This document shows, in pieces, positions 1 to 8,694 of a DNA stretch of 64,000 nt. Numbering within the stretch: position 1 is the stretch's first letter; every line of letters begins with the position of its first letter. The notes beneath the pieces were generated by a model, which saw nothing but the letters and a program-made list of their open reading frames with translations, was not told where the DNA came from and searched no databases. Source of the stretch: Candidatus Multivorans sp. (GTDB lineage: Bacteria; Acidobacteriota; Thermoanaerobaculia; Multivoradales; Multivoraceae); NCBI GenBank assembly GCA_965224025.1, contig OZ245033.1:4672001-4736000 (forward strand), in the 5' to 3' direction. The translations under genes and the position numbers were made by a program.

Positions 1-2526
1 GGCCGCCGCGGTCTGGTTGAGGCGGTTCTCGTGCGTCCAGGGCTTGCCGCCATCGGGCGGATCGATCGACAGGTTGAACGCCAGCGTCGTCACCGGCGCC
101 ACGAACACCCAGCGGTGGCCGTTGATCCCGCAGCCGTCGAGCACCTTGATCAGCACCTCCGCGTTGTTCTTGCCGAAGAAGTAGAGGATCGCCGACTGCT
201 CCGAGTCCAGCTCGTAGTCCTGGACCACCTCCACCACCGTCTCGCCGTCCTTGATGTGCTCGACGCACATGTTGACGGTGTAGCCCCCGCGAAGGGTCTT
301 CACCGGCTGCGGTTCGCAGTCTGCCGCTTCGCCCGCGCTGATTGGTTGCGAGACGGAAACCGGCGGTCGCGACACGGGTTCGACTCGCGCCAACGGCGTC
401 GATGAGACCGGCGCCGCCGGGAATCCCGCATCGACGAGATCTACTCCACGAACACCGCCACCGCCATCCGCAACGGCCGTCGACGCAGCAGATGCCGCAC
501 CGCACGGGAAGGCCGTGAGGTCGCTCTCCGTCGTCGCCGTCACGCCGCCGCGCGGGTTCTTGTGTTCCCAATACTCGCCGGTAGCCGTCTCGTCGACGCG
601 CAGATTGAACGCGAGCGTCGTCACCGGCGCCGCGAACACCCAACGATGGCCGTTCACGGCGCACGCGTCGAGCACCTTGATCAGCACCTCGGAGTTGTCC
701 CTGTCGAAGAAGTAGAGAAGGCCCGACTCGCGCGAACCGAGACCGTAGTCGACCGCATCGGCCTGCACGGTCTCGCCGTCCTTCTCGTACTCGATGCACA
801 TGCTCACCGTGTACCCGTGCACGAACGCAATTTGCGGCGAGGACGGCACGCAGTCCGTGTACTTCGCGGCCGGCAGCGCAACCGTCACGATGCCGCTGTT
901 CGCGCCGCCGGCGCGGTTGTAGGCCCGCACGCGGAAGTCGTAACGGCCGCCGGCGTCCAGCCCGGTCACGTCCGCCGACGTCGTGTTCGCCGGCAGCCTG
1001 GTGGCCGCCCGCCAGCGCCCGTCCCGCGGGCGATACTGCACCTCGAACCCGTTCTCGTTGTCCGATTGGTCCGACCAGGTCAGGCGCACGCTCGTGGGGC
1101 CCGCGCGCGTGGCACTCAGGTTGGCCGGCGCGGTAGGAATCTCGCCGGGAGGAGGAGGCGGAGGCGGAGGCGGAGGCTCCGGAGCACTGCCGATGAAGTC
1201 GCTGTACTGAACGGCGAGGTGGACCGTCTGCTGCATGGCCCGTTCGTTCTCGCGCTCGCCCGCGATGCCCAAGGTCCAGCCCCGCGGCTCGAACCGGACA
1301 GTGGAGAAGTAGGGTTCCACCCGGCCCGAACCGTAGCTCATGAGCGTGTCGATGTTCGGTACCGGCACGAAGTCCGTGTGACCGTAGGCGTAGGGATACA
1401 CCGCAACTTCGTTCCGATGCTCCTCGAAGGTCCTGTTGCCCAGGTTGACGTTCTGCGGATCGTGGTTGGCGCCCATGTTGTGGCCGATTTCGTGGGCGAA
1501 CGTCGGCTCGAAATCCCCACGCGCCAAGGTCAATCCAAAGGCCGCCCCTGAAAAGGATCGAGCCGAACGGCCCTTGGTCAGGAGGTAGGCGATACCGCTG
1601 CATCCCTGGGCGTCCCAAAGGAACATGTGAACCATGTCCGCCTGGTGCTCCGCCCGCAGTCGCGCTAGGTCCGGATCCCCGGGCATGTGGCCAAGAACGT
1701 GTCCGCAGGACCACTCGCTTTCCTCCCCGCCCTCTTCCGGTTCGTGTTCCCCGTACAGCGGCGGCGCCTCTTCGAAATGCACGAGGTTCGGCGTCACGCC
1801 CAACTGGCCGTTTCGAAACACCTGGGCCAGGTAGTCCACGGCCTGCTGAATCGACACCCCGGGTGTCCGGTTGCGGCGGCTCCACCGCTCCTCGGATTGC
1901 GCCGTGTAGACGGCCAGGATGTCGAGCACATCGTGGTTCGACTCGGACGCCACGCCGCGCGGCGCTCCGGCCCGCTGAGCCAGGGGCGCTGAAACGGGAG
2001 ACTCCATGGGCGGAACCACGCCGCCCGGGCAATGTTCTTCCTCAGGCTCCGGCTCGCGCGTAGACGTGTCGACCATCTGACCGAGCCCGTCCGGCCCAAC
2101 GCTGATCACGTAGGCGGCGCCGCCCGGCTCGCCGAACCGCCCGGCGAGATAGCCGTCCTTGATGGTGAGCACGACGCTCTCGTAACCCGCGCCGGGGAAG
2201 CTGCCCGCCCACATCGCATCGCCGTTGCCGCGGTCCTCGAAGACCGTCAGTTCGGCAGCCAGAATCCGGCCGTCCGGTGTCGGGAGTTCCACGCGCTGCG
2301 GAGCGGAGCGCACGAAGTCGATGTCCAGCTCGGCGGCGAATGTCTCGAAACCCTCTTCGGCGTCCGGGGCATCCTCGATCGAGAGTCCGAGATCGAGCAG
2401 ACGCTGTCCGTTCGCGCCATCGGCTGCGAACAGGACGAGAATCAGAGCCGGCAACAGTGGCCAATGCCGGCCAGCACAAAGGGAAAAGGGACGATTGGCC
2501 CGCGCCCCACGTAGAGAAACAACCAT
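1..2526 (-). CDS. Secreted metzincin (M12B/reprolysin-like) zinc metalloprotease with FN3 domain and two repeated acidobacterial C-terminal domains; runs off window start
   Basis: Not in the ORF track (no stop in window). Hand translation from ATG at 2526 gives a signal-like N-terminus, FAHEIGHNMGANHD (HExxHxxGxxH at 1494-1462), a poly-Pro linker (~1148-1182), FN3 (PANLSAT..VRLTWSD.SDNENGF..YDFRVRAYN) and two copies of 'LYFF..N.EVLIKVLD.C..NGHRWVF.APVTTLAFNL'. Confidence 0.85.
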   Translation of the reverse strand, partial: MVVSLRGARANRPFSLCAGRHWPLLPALILVLFAADGANGQRLLDLGLSIEDAPDAEEGFETFAAELDIDFVRSAPQRVELPTPDGRILAAELTVFEDRGNGDAMWAGSFPGAGYESVVLTIKDGYLAGRFGEPGGAAYVISVGPDGLGQMVDTSTREPEPEEEHCPGGVVPPMESPVSAPLAQRAGAPRGVASESNHDVLDILAVYTAQSEERWSRRNRTPGVSIQQAVDYLAQVFRNGQLGVTPNLVHFEEAPPLYGEHEPEEGGEESEWSCGHVLGHMPGDPDLARLRAEHQADMVHMFLWDAQGCSGIAYLLTKGRSARSFSGAAFGLTLARGDFEPTFAHEIGHNMGANHDPQNVNLGNRTFEEHRNEVAVYPYAYGHTDFVPVPNIDTLMSYGSGRVEPYFSTVRFEPRGWTLGIAGERENERAMQQTVHLAVQYSDFIGSAPEPPPPPPPPPPGEIPTAPANLSATRAGPTSVRLTWSDQSDNENGFEVQYRPRDGRWRAATRLPANTTSADVTGLDAGGRYDFRVRAYNRAGGANSGIVTVALPAAKYTDCVPSSPQIAFVHGYTVSMCIEYEKDGETVQADAVDYGLGSRESGLLYFFDRDNSEVLIKVLDACAVNGHRWVFAAPVTTLAFNLRVDETATGEYWEHKNPRGGVTATTESDLTAFPCGAASAASTAVADGGGGVRGVDLVDAGFPAAPVSSTPLARVEPVSRPPVSVSQPISAGEAADCEPQPVKTLRGGYTVNMCVEHIKDGETVVEVVQDYELDSEQSAILYFFGKNNAEVLIKVLDGCGINGHRWVFVAPVTTLAFNLSIDPPDGGKPWTHENRLNQTAAA

Positions 2527-2591
2527 GACCGTTCAGTATAGCCGCCGTCCCGCCGTACTGCCCGGATCGGGCGTACCCGTCGCCGTGCGGC

Positions 2592-4451
2592 TCAGCGCAC
2601 GTTGACGCCGTAGCGCAGGAACGACTGACGACCGCCGACATCGTCCCGCAGCCCGATCCCGATGTCGTGGTATCCGGCCTCCATCGTCAACTCCAGGCCG
2701 TAGCGCCATCTGCGCCCCTTGATCTCGGCCAGGCGATCCCGCGGCACCGCGATGTTCAACTCGGTGAGCCGGGGCTCGGTCGAACGGTCCTTCTCGTCCT
2801 TGGCCGCCAGCCAGAGCCGAATTCGGCCGTGGTGAACCCCTTCCCGCGGAATCAGAGTCAGATCCTCCCAAGCCACATCGACGACCAGCGGCACGTCGTA
2901 GTGCCCGTCCGCGCGCCGTTTCGGCGGCAGACTCCGCACCCTGACGCCGAGCGGGTTCTCGTACACGTTCAGGTTGAGGGCCGAGAGCGTCCCCTCGACC
3001 ATTCGCGACTCGATCGACTTGGTCCGGAAACCGCGCCGGTAGTTCACGTCGACGCCGCGAGGACGGTTCTTGAGACGCACCTCGATCGTGTGCAGGCGGC
3101 CAGTGCCGGCGACGGCGGGCATGTACCCAAGGGAGTAGTAGTTGCGGAAGTCCCGCGCAATCTTGAGCAGGTCGGGCATCACCCGGTTGGCGTTGATGAT
3201 CGCCCGGCCGCCTGTCTCCCGCGCCATCAAACGGAGCGGGCTCTGCAGGTTGGTCACCCGGATCTGGTCGATCAGCAGTCCCTGTCCCGGCAGGCCGGCG
3301 GCCTGTTGCTCCACGGTTCCCTGGGAGTACACGGTCAACCCGCGGGCGTCGATCGCGTAGAAGCTGGTCCGGTTCGCGTTCGCGGCCGCCGCAAGTTGCT
3401 GGAAGCGCCGTGACATGTCGTAACTCGCCATCTCGATCAGGGAAACCGCTTGCTCGTAGGAATCGCGAATGAAGTGGAACATGTCCTCGCCCGCGATCAT
3501 CGGCAGACCGTCGGAAACGTAGACCACCGCCTTGCGTCCGGGCGCCGCGGACAGGTTCTCGACGACGCTGGCGAGGGCGTCGATGGACAGGTGGGTGTCG
3601 TTGCGCACCGAACCGGCGTAGGCGATCAACTGATTGCGGGCCAGACTGATGGGGCCGCCGATGACCCGTCCTTCCCGCACCCCCTGCTGGAACTGTTCAC
3701 TCCCCCGGCGCCCCGCAGTTTCCAGATTGACGTCATTGATCAAGGCGACGATGTCCCGCCGCTCGTTGTTGCGATGAACCCGGTTCCCCGTCGTTTCCTC
3801 AAGCTCCAGCAGCGCCCGGTTCAGCTTCTCGCGATCGCTGGTGAAGGGCATCAACAAGTCGAGGGAGCGGTTGTAGCTCACCAACATGACGCTGTCCTCG
3901 GGGCGAAGCTGCTCGCGGATGAAGGTCCGCAGTTCGCGCAGCACCCGGTTCCGGTTGAACGGCGTCAGGTTCAGGTTGTCGATGTAGACCACGACGTGGA
4001 GCGCCTGTTCGGACGGAACGGCCGGGCGCGCTCGCTCGGGGAGACCCGGCGCGAGCGGGTCCTCGGGTTCCGGCGCGGCCAGAGGTTCCGCGTCGGCTTC
4101 GCCGCGCCGCACCCACAGATCGTCGCCGCGCTCTTCGACCGCGTAGAAGTTGCTGATCGCGACCCGCCGATCGTCCACCAGCAGTTCGAAGTCGTCCAGC
4201 GTCAGGCCGTGCACCGGCTGACCGTCGGCGCCGGTGACGTACACGTCGATGTTGATGACTTCGACGTCCACGGTCTCGATGAAGACCGGGCCGGATACCC
4301 GTTCGCTGCCGCCTTCCGCCTGCTGGGCGGTCAAGGGCACGGCGGCCTGGAAGCCCGCCACGACGAAGGCGACCGCCAGCCGACCCGCTACGGTTCGCCA
4401 CCGCGCGCGCTCCAGCGAACGGCGCCCCACCGGTTGTTTCGCCCCAGCCAC
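2592..4451 (-). CDS. VWA-domain protein, acidobacterial type (TIGR03436-like)
   Basis: Signal peptide; 'FIETVDVEVINIDVYVT..GQPVHGLT.DDF', 'GRKAVVYVSDG', 'LMARETGG', 'YYSLGY', 'YRRGF' motifs. Confidence 0.85.
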   Translation of the reverse strand: MAGAKQPVGRRSLERARWRTVAGRLAVAFVVAGFQAAVPLTAQQAEGGSERVSGPVFIETVDVEVINIDVYVTGADGQPVHGLTLDDFELLVDDRRVAISNFYAVEERGDDLWVRRGEADAEPLAAPEPEDPLAPGLPERARPAVPSEQALHVVVYIDNLNLTPFNRNRVLRELRTFIREQLRPEDSVMLVSYNRSLDLLMPFTSDREKLNRALLELEETTGNRVHRNNERRDIVALINDVNLETAGRRGSEQFQQGVREGRVIGGPISLARNQLIAYAGSVRNDTHLSIDALASVVENLSAAPGRKAVVYVSDGLPMIAGEDMFHFIRDSYEQAVSLIEMASYDMSRRFQQLAAAANANRTSFYAIDARGLTVYSQGTVEQQAAGLPGQGLLIDQIRVTNLQSPLRLMARETGGRAIINANRVMPDLLKIARDFRNYYSLGYMPAVAGTGRLHTIEVRLKNRPRGVDVNYRRGFRTKSIESRMVEGTLSALNLNVYENPLGVRVRSLPPKRRADGHYDVPLVVDVAWEDLTLIPREGVHHGRIRLWLAAKDEKDRSTEPRLTELNIAVPRDRLAEIKGRRWRYGLELTMEAGYHDIGIGLRDDVGGRQSFLRYGVNVR

Positions 4452-4460
4452 TCGGAAAGC

Positions 4461-6644
4461 CTACCCCGATGTCCGGATCCGGAGGAGTTCCGCACTGTCC
4501 GGCCAGCGCCGGAGCGCCTGCGCCAGCAGTCGCGCCGCGGACGCTTCGTCGTTCATCGCCCGCAGCGTCCGCACCGCCTCGGCGTAGGCGGCCGGCTCCG
4601 GGTTCGCCGTCACCATCTGTTGCAGGGCCTGACCCGCCTCGGGGGCGCGACCCTGCAGGGCGAACAGGAAGGCCCGCGAGGAGTACGCCCCGAGCAGTTC
4701 GCCGTCCAGGTCGATCGCTTCCTGGTACGAGCGCTCCGCCTCGCCCATCCGCTCCAGGGCGCCGAGCGCCGTGCCGCGATGCAGGAAGAGCCGAGCGAGA
4801 ACCGTCCGGTCGCCCCGGTCCCCGAACCCGGCCAGAACCTCATCGGACTGCGCGAGGGCTTCCTCGAACCGCCCCCGCACGTTGAGCCAGCCCGCACGCA
4901 CGATCAGCGGCGTCAACCGCGGTCCCCGCTCGGCGATCGCCCTCTCCAGATGCTCCCCCGCCGCCTCCAGGTCACCCGCAACCATCGCAACCTCGGCCAA
5001 CACCTGGTGGGCCAGCGGCGACCGATCCACGACCGCGAGCGCGTGCTCACGCGCCTCCTCCACCCGCCCCGTCCGGAGCAGGAGCTCCGCCAACTTGACG
5101 CCGGCGGCGACCGCGTCGCCCCCGGAGGCCTCGAACGCGCTCCGGTAAGCCTCGAGCGCCGGCTCCAGCCGGCCGCGCCCGTCCAGCACGTCCCCAAGCT
5201 CGTGCCACGCCTGGACGAGTTGCGGCTCGGTCTCCAAGATCTTGCGGAGCACCGACTCGGCCTCCGCCAGGCGACCGCCGGCCACCAGCTCCGCGGCGCG
5301 ATCCAGGTCGGCGACGACGCCGATCCGGCTCTTGGGGTCCGGGAGCGGGCCCTCCCGGGCGCGGCCGCCGCCGGACAGGTACCCGAGCGACTGCAGGCGC
5401 CGGCGGGTTTCCGGGTCCTCCTCGGCCGGCGAAGCCAGCGTCCGGTCGAATCCGGCCAGCGCCTCGCGCAGCCGGCGCGCAGCCGCCCGCTCCTCCTGAA
5501 TGACGTTGTTGAGCTCGCCAGGGTCCTCGGACAGCCGGTAGAGCTCCGGATCGGGCGAATCGATGAAGTGAAGGTCGCCTTCGACGATCGAGGCGAGGTC
5601 GCTCCATCCGAAGTGAATCCGCGGATACACGCTCTCGGAAACGATGTGCCGCGGCTCCCCGGCCGGCGTCAGATCGAAGAGATCGGCTCCGGCCAGCCCG
5701 TCCGGTTTCTCCAGACCCAGGATCGAGTAGGCCGTCGGCGCGACGTCGACGAGCTGGACATTGACCCCCACTCTCTCGCCGGCGCGCTCCCCGCCCGGCA
5801 GCTTCACGATCAGGGGCACTTGGAGCACTTCGCGGTAGACGAGGACCAGGTGGTCCATCTCGCCGTGATCCATCAGGCCCTCGCCGTGATCGGAGAGCAG
5901 GATGACGACGGCGTCGTCATAGAGGCCAAGTGCCTCCAGGCGCCCGAGCAGCTCGCCGACCACCCGGTCGGCCGCCGCCACCTCGCCGTCGTAGGGGTCG
6001 TCATGGCGACCGGCGAACTCCGCCGGCGGCTGGTAAGGAGCATGAGGCTCGTAGAGGTGCAGGAACAGGAAGAAGGGGTCGTCCGCCACGCCGTCCAACC
6101 AGCCCGAGGCGGCCGCCTGGGTTTCCGTCCCCGCCCGTTGCAACTCGCCCAGTTGACGACCCGTCTCGAACCGGACGCCGTCGTCGTAGACGTCGAACCC
6201 GCGGTCGATTCCGGTCCAGGCCCGCAGGACGTAGGAGGACACGAAACCGCCGGTGGCGTACCCCTGCCGGCTGAGCTCCGCCGCCAGCGTCGGGATTCCC
6301 TCGCTCAGCCGGTACCCGGCGTTGTCGCGAACGCCGTGCTCCGGCGGCAGCAGCCCCGTGAACAGGCTGGCGTGGGAGGGCAGCGTTACGTTGACGTGAG
6401 TGAACGCACGTTCGAACAGCACGCCGTCAGCCGCCAGACGGTCGATGGCGGGGGTCTCGACTCCTCCGTATCCGTATGCGGGAAGCCGGTCTGACCGCAG
6501 CGTGTCGATCGAGATCAGAATGACTGGCGGACGGGGCGACTCGGCGCTTCTTCCCGTGGTCCGCTGGGGCGCCGGCGAGCACGCCGACACCAAGAAAGCC
6601 GCCGCGCCCGCGAGCACGGTGACGAAGATGGGAGCCGCCGTCAC
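4461..6644 (-). CDS. Sulfatase-like hydrolase with C-terminal TPR repeats, probable lipoprotein
   Basis: 'ILISIDTLRSD', 'TLPSHASLFTG', 'FLHLYEPH', 'SDHGE'; helical TPR-like C-half; LVSAC lipobox; GTG at 6644 overlaps the upstream stop (GTGA). Confidence 0.85.
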   Translation of the reverse strand: MTAAPIFVTVLAGAAAFLVSACSPAPQRTTGRSAESPRPPVILISIDTLRSDRLPAYGYGGVETPAIDRLAADGVLFERAFTHVNVTLPSHASLFTGLLPPEHGVRDNAGYRLSEGIPTLAAELSRQGYATGGFVSSYVLRAWTGIDRGFDVYDDGVRFETGRQLGELQRAGTETQAAASGWLDGVADDPFFLFLHLYEPHAPYQPPAEFAGRHDDPYDGEVAAADRVVGELLGRLEALGLYDDAVVILLSDHGEGLMDHGEMDHLVLVYREVLQVPLIVKLPGGERAGERVGVNVQLVDVAPTAYSILGLEKPDGLAGADLFDLTPAGEPRHIVSESVYPRIHFGWSDLASIVEGDLHFIDSPDPELYRLSEDPGELNNVIQEERAAARRLREALAGFDRTLASPAEEDPETRRRLQSLGYLSGGGRAREGPLPDPKSRIGVVADLDRAAELVAGGRLAEAESVLRKILETEPQLVQAWHELGDVLDGRGRLEPALEAYRSAFEASGGDAVAAGVKLAELLLRTGRVEEAREHALAVVDRSPLAHQVLAEVAMVAGDLEAAGEHLERAIAERGPRLTPLIVRAGWLNVRGRFEEALAQSDEVLAGFGDRGDRTVLARLFLHRGTALGALERMGEAERSYQEAIDLDGELLGAYSSRAFLFALQGRAPEAGQALQQMVTANPEPAAYAEAVRTLRAMNDEASAARLLAQALRRWPDSAELLRIRTSG

Positions 6645-7189
6645 TTCAGCTTCAGGGTTCGGCTGACCATCTGAGGCAGGCCGGAGACATCGCCGGCCGG
6701 CGTCCACACCTCGACCGTCTCGCCGTCCTCTTCGACCTCGGACACTTCAACCCACCGCGCTTCACGCAGCCGGACCAGCACTTCCAGGTTGCCGTCGGCC
6801 GGCGCCGGACGCCCGGTTTCCGAGGTCCAGAAGTTGTAGAGCGCCACCCCATCCGATTCGCCGGCTTCGATCACTTGCAGAAAGAGCTGTTTCTCGTAGA
6901 CGGGTAGTGCCCGACCGTTCAACTCGACATCGAAGCCGAAGCTGTACACATCCCGCTGGCCGGCGTTCCTGACCCGTGCGGTCAACCGGCACAGGGTTTC
7001 CGGGCCCGGCGTCGCGGGCGTGATCTCGATACTCTCGAGGATGACCTCAGCCTCCTCTGCCCAGGCGCCAGCCGCGAGAGCGAGAAGGCTGAACAGGGAC
7101 CACGCGATGAATGGCGGCTGACCGGCTGAGACCAACCGTGACCTGATTCTGGCGCCGGAAGTCCGGTCGCCGAGCCCTCCGTTCAGCAC
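6641..7189 (-). CDS. Hypothetical exported protein (Ig/CARDB-like beta-rich); start uncertain
   Basis: Signal peptide ending AWA; translationally coupled to the sulfatase-TPR gene. Confidence 0.65.
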   Translation of the reverse strand: MLNGGLGDRTSGARIRSRLVSAGQPPFIAWSLFSLLALAAGAWAEEAEVILESIEITPATPGPETLCRLTARVRNAGQRDVYSFGFDVELNGRALPVYEKQLFLQVIEAGESDGVALYNFWTSETGRPAPADGNLEVLVRLREARWVEVSEVEEDGETVEVWTPAGDVSGLPQMVSRTLKLK

Positions 7190-7216
7190 GGTATGGATAA
7201 TACCGACGGGATTCTC

Positions 7217-8671
7217 ATGAAGACTCCAGCCTCGCTCCTTCGCCTGACCGCCGCGGCCTCGTGCCTGGCCCTGCTCAGCCCGGTCGCGACCACGGCCCAG
7301 ACCCGGAAGATGGAGGATCCGCTGGCCGTCAGGCCGTCGTATCCCACACTCGACGGCAGGGCTTCCAGAACCCCGAGCGCGGGCGGAGTCTACGAGCGGC
7401 TTCGGCGTCTGATGTCGGACAAGCAGAAGGTGAGGCGCAAAGCCGCCCGAGCGCTCGGCAAGACCGATCCCGCGACCCTGATCCCCCTGGTCGACGCCTA
7501 CTTCTTCTCACCCAGCAAGGCCCGCGCCGACGTCCGGAGCGTCCTCGAGGAACTCTCGGGCGAACAGTTCGGCGATCGCTACCGGGACTGGTTCGTGTAC
7601 GTCGGCGGCCGCCAGGACATCGAGCCGCCGCGCGGCTACGTCGCTTGGAAGGGAGAGCTGTTCTCACGCATCGACCCCGTCTACCAGCGCATTCTCAGCC
7701 CCGAAGCCGAAGCAACGGTCCGGCTGCGGCTGCGGGAAGTCCAGTGGGGCGGTGTCCCGCTGGACGGAATCCCGGCGGTCGACGACCCCGTCTCGGTTCC
7801 GGCCGACACGGCCAGCTTCATGCGGGACACCGACACCGTGTTCGGCGTCGAGCTGGGCGGCGAACGGCGCGCCTACCCGGTCAAGGTGCTTGGTTGGCAC
7901 GAACTTCTGAACGACACCGTGGGCGGCCAACCCATCACCCTTTCCTTCTGCACTCTCTGCGGCTCCGGCATCCTCTATTCGGCGGTCGACGAACACGGCG
8001 TGCGGCTCAAGTTCGGCACCTCGGGCTTGCTCTACCGCTCGAACAAGCTGATGTTCGACCGGGCCACGCTCAGCCTGTGGAGCAATCTGACTGGCGAGGC
8101 GGTCGTCGGAGAACGCGCCGCCGGAGGCGCCACGCTGACCATGCTGCCGATGACGCTGACGCGATGGAACGCGTGGCTGAGGCGCCACCCGGACACAACC
8201 GTGATGCGACCCGAACCCGAGACCGCGAGGCGTACCGGCTACCGCTACGTCGAGGGTGCGGCCGACCGAGCGCGGAGCGGAGTCGAGTTTCCCGTCTGGC
8301 GGCAAAGCGACGCGCTGGAGCGGAACGCACGCATCTATGCCCTGCGCATAGGCGGCAAGGCCAAGGCCTACCCGATGGAGAAGCTGCGCACCGAGCGACT
8401 CGTCAACGATACGCTGGGAGGCGTACCGATCGTGCTCGTCCTCGACGAAGAAAGCGGCGCGATTCGGGCCTACGAGCGTGGCAGCCTGATCTTCAGGCCG
8501 CCAGCCGAAGGGACCCTGCGCGAGATCCAGGCAAAGGACGGATCGAGATGGATGATCGCCGAACCGGGCCTCGCGCCGGAAGCTGGCGGTGAGTTGTTGT
8601 CCCGCATCGCCGGCCACGTCGCGTTCTGGTTCGGCTGGTACGCCTTCTACCCGGACACGGAGGTGTACTGA
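7217..8671 (+). CDS. DUF3179-family protein with N-terminal helical extension
   Basis: 'DGIPAVDDP', 'RAYP..L.WHELLND', 'FCTLCGSG', 'FGTSGLLYRSNKLMFDRAT.SLWS', C-terminal 'AFWFGWYAFYPDT'. Confidence 0.85.
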   Translation: MKTPASLLRLTAAASCLALLSPVATTAQTRKMEDPLAVRPSYPTLDGRASRTPSAGGVYERLRRLMSDKQKVRRKAARALGKTDPATLIPLVDAYFFSPSKARADVRSVLEELSGEQFGDRYRDWFVYVGGRQDIEPPRGYVAWKGELFSRIDPVYQRILSPEAEATVRLRLREVQWGGVPLDGIPAVDDPVSVPADTASFMRDTDTVFGVELGGERRAYPVKVLGWHELLNDTVGGQPITLSFCTLCGSGILYSAVDEHGVRLKFGTSGLLYRSNKLMFDRATLSLWSNLTGEAVVGERAAGGATLTMLPMTLTRWNAWLRRHPDTTVMRPEPETARRTGYRYVEGAADRARSGVEFPVWRQSDALERNARIYALRIGGKAKAYPMEKLRTERLVNDTLGGVPIVLVLDEESGAIRAYERGSLIFRPPAEGTLREIQAKDGSRWMIAEPGLAPEAGGELLSRIAGHVAFWFGWYAFYPDTEVY

Positions 8672-8694
8672 TCGCGCGGCAGTGCCGCCAGGCC

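Noticed and set aside
3450-6494. 1014-aa plus-strand ORF and many other long antisense ORFs (e.g. 17681-19777, 37143-39203, 47772-49700)
   Set aside because: Shadow ORFs opposite well-supported genes, expected at high GC; no motifs
7189-7205. CGGTAT-N5-ATACCG palindrome between divergent genes
   Set aside because: Only 6-bp arms and a single instance; could be chance
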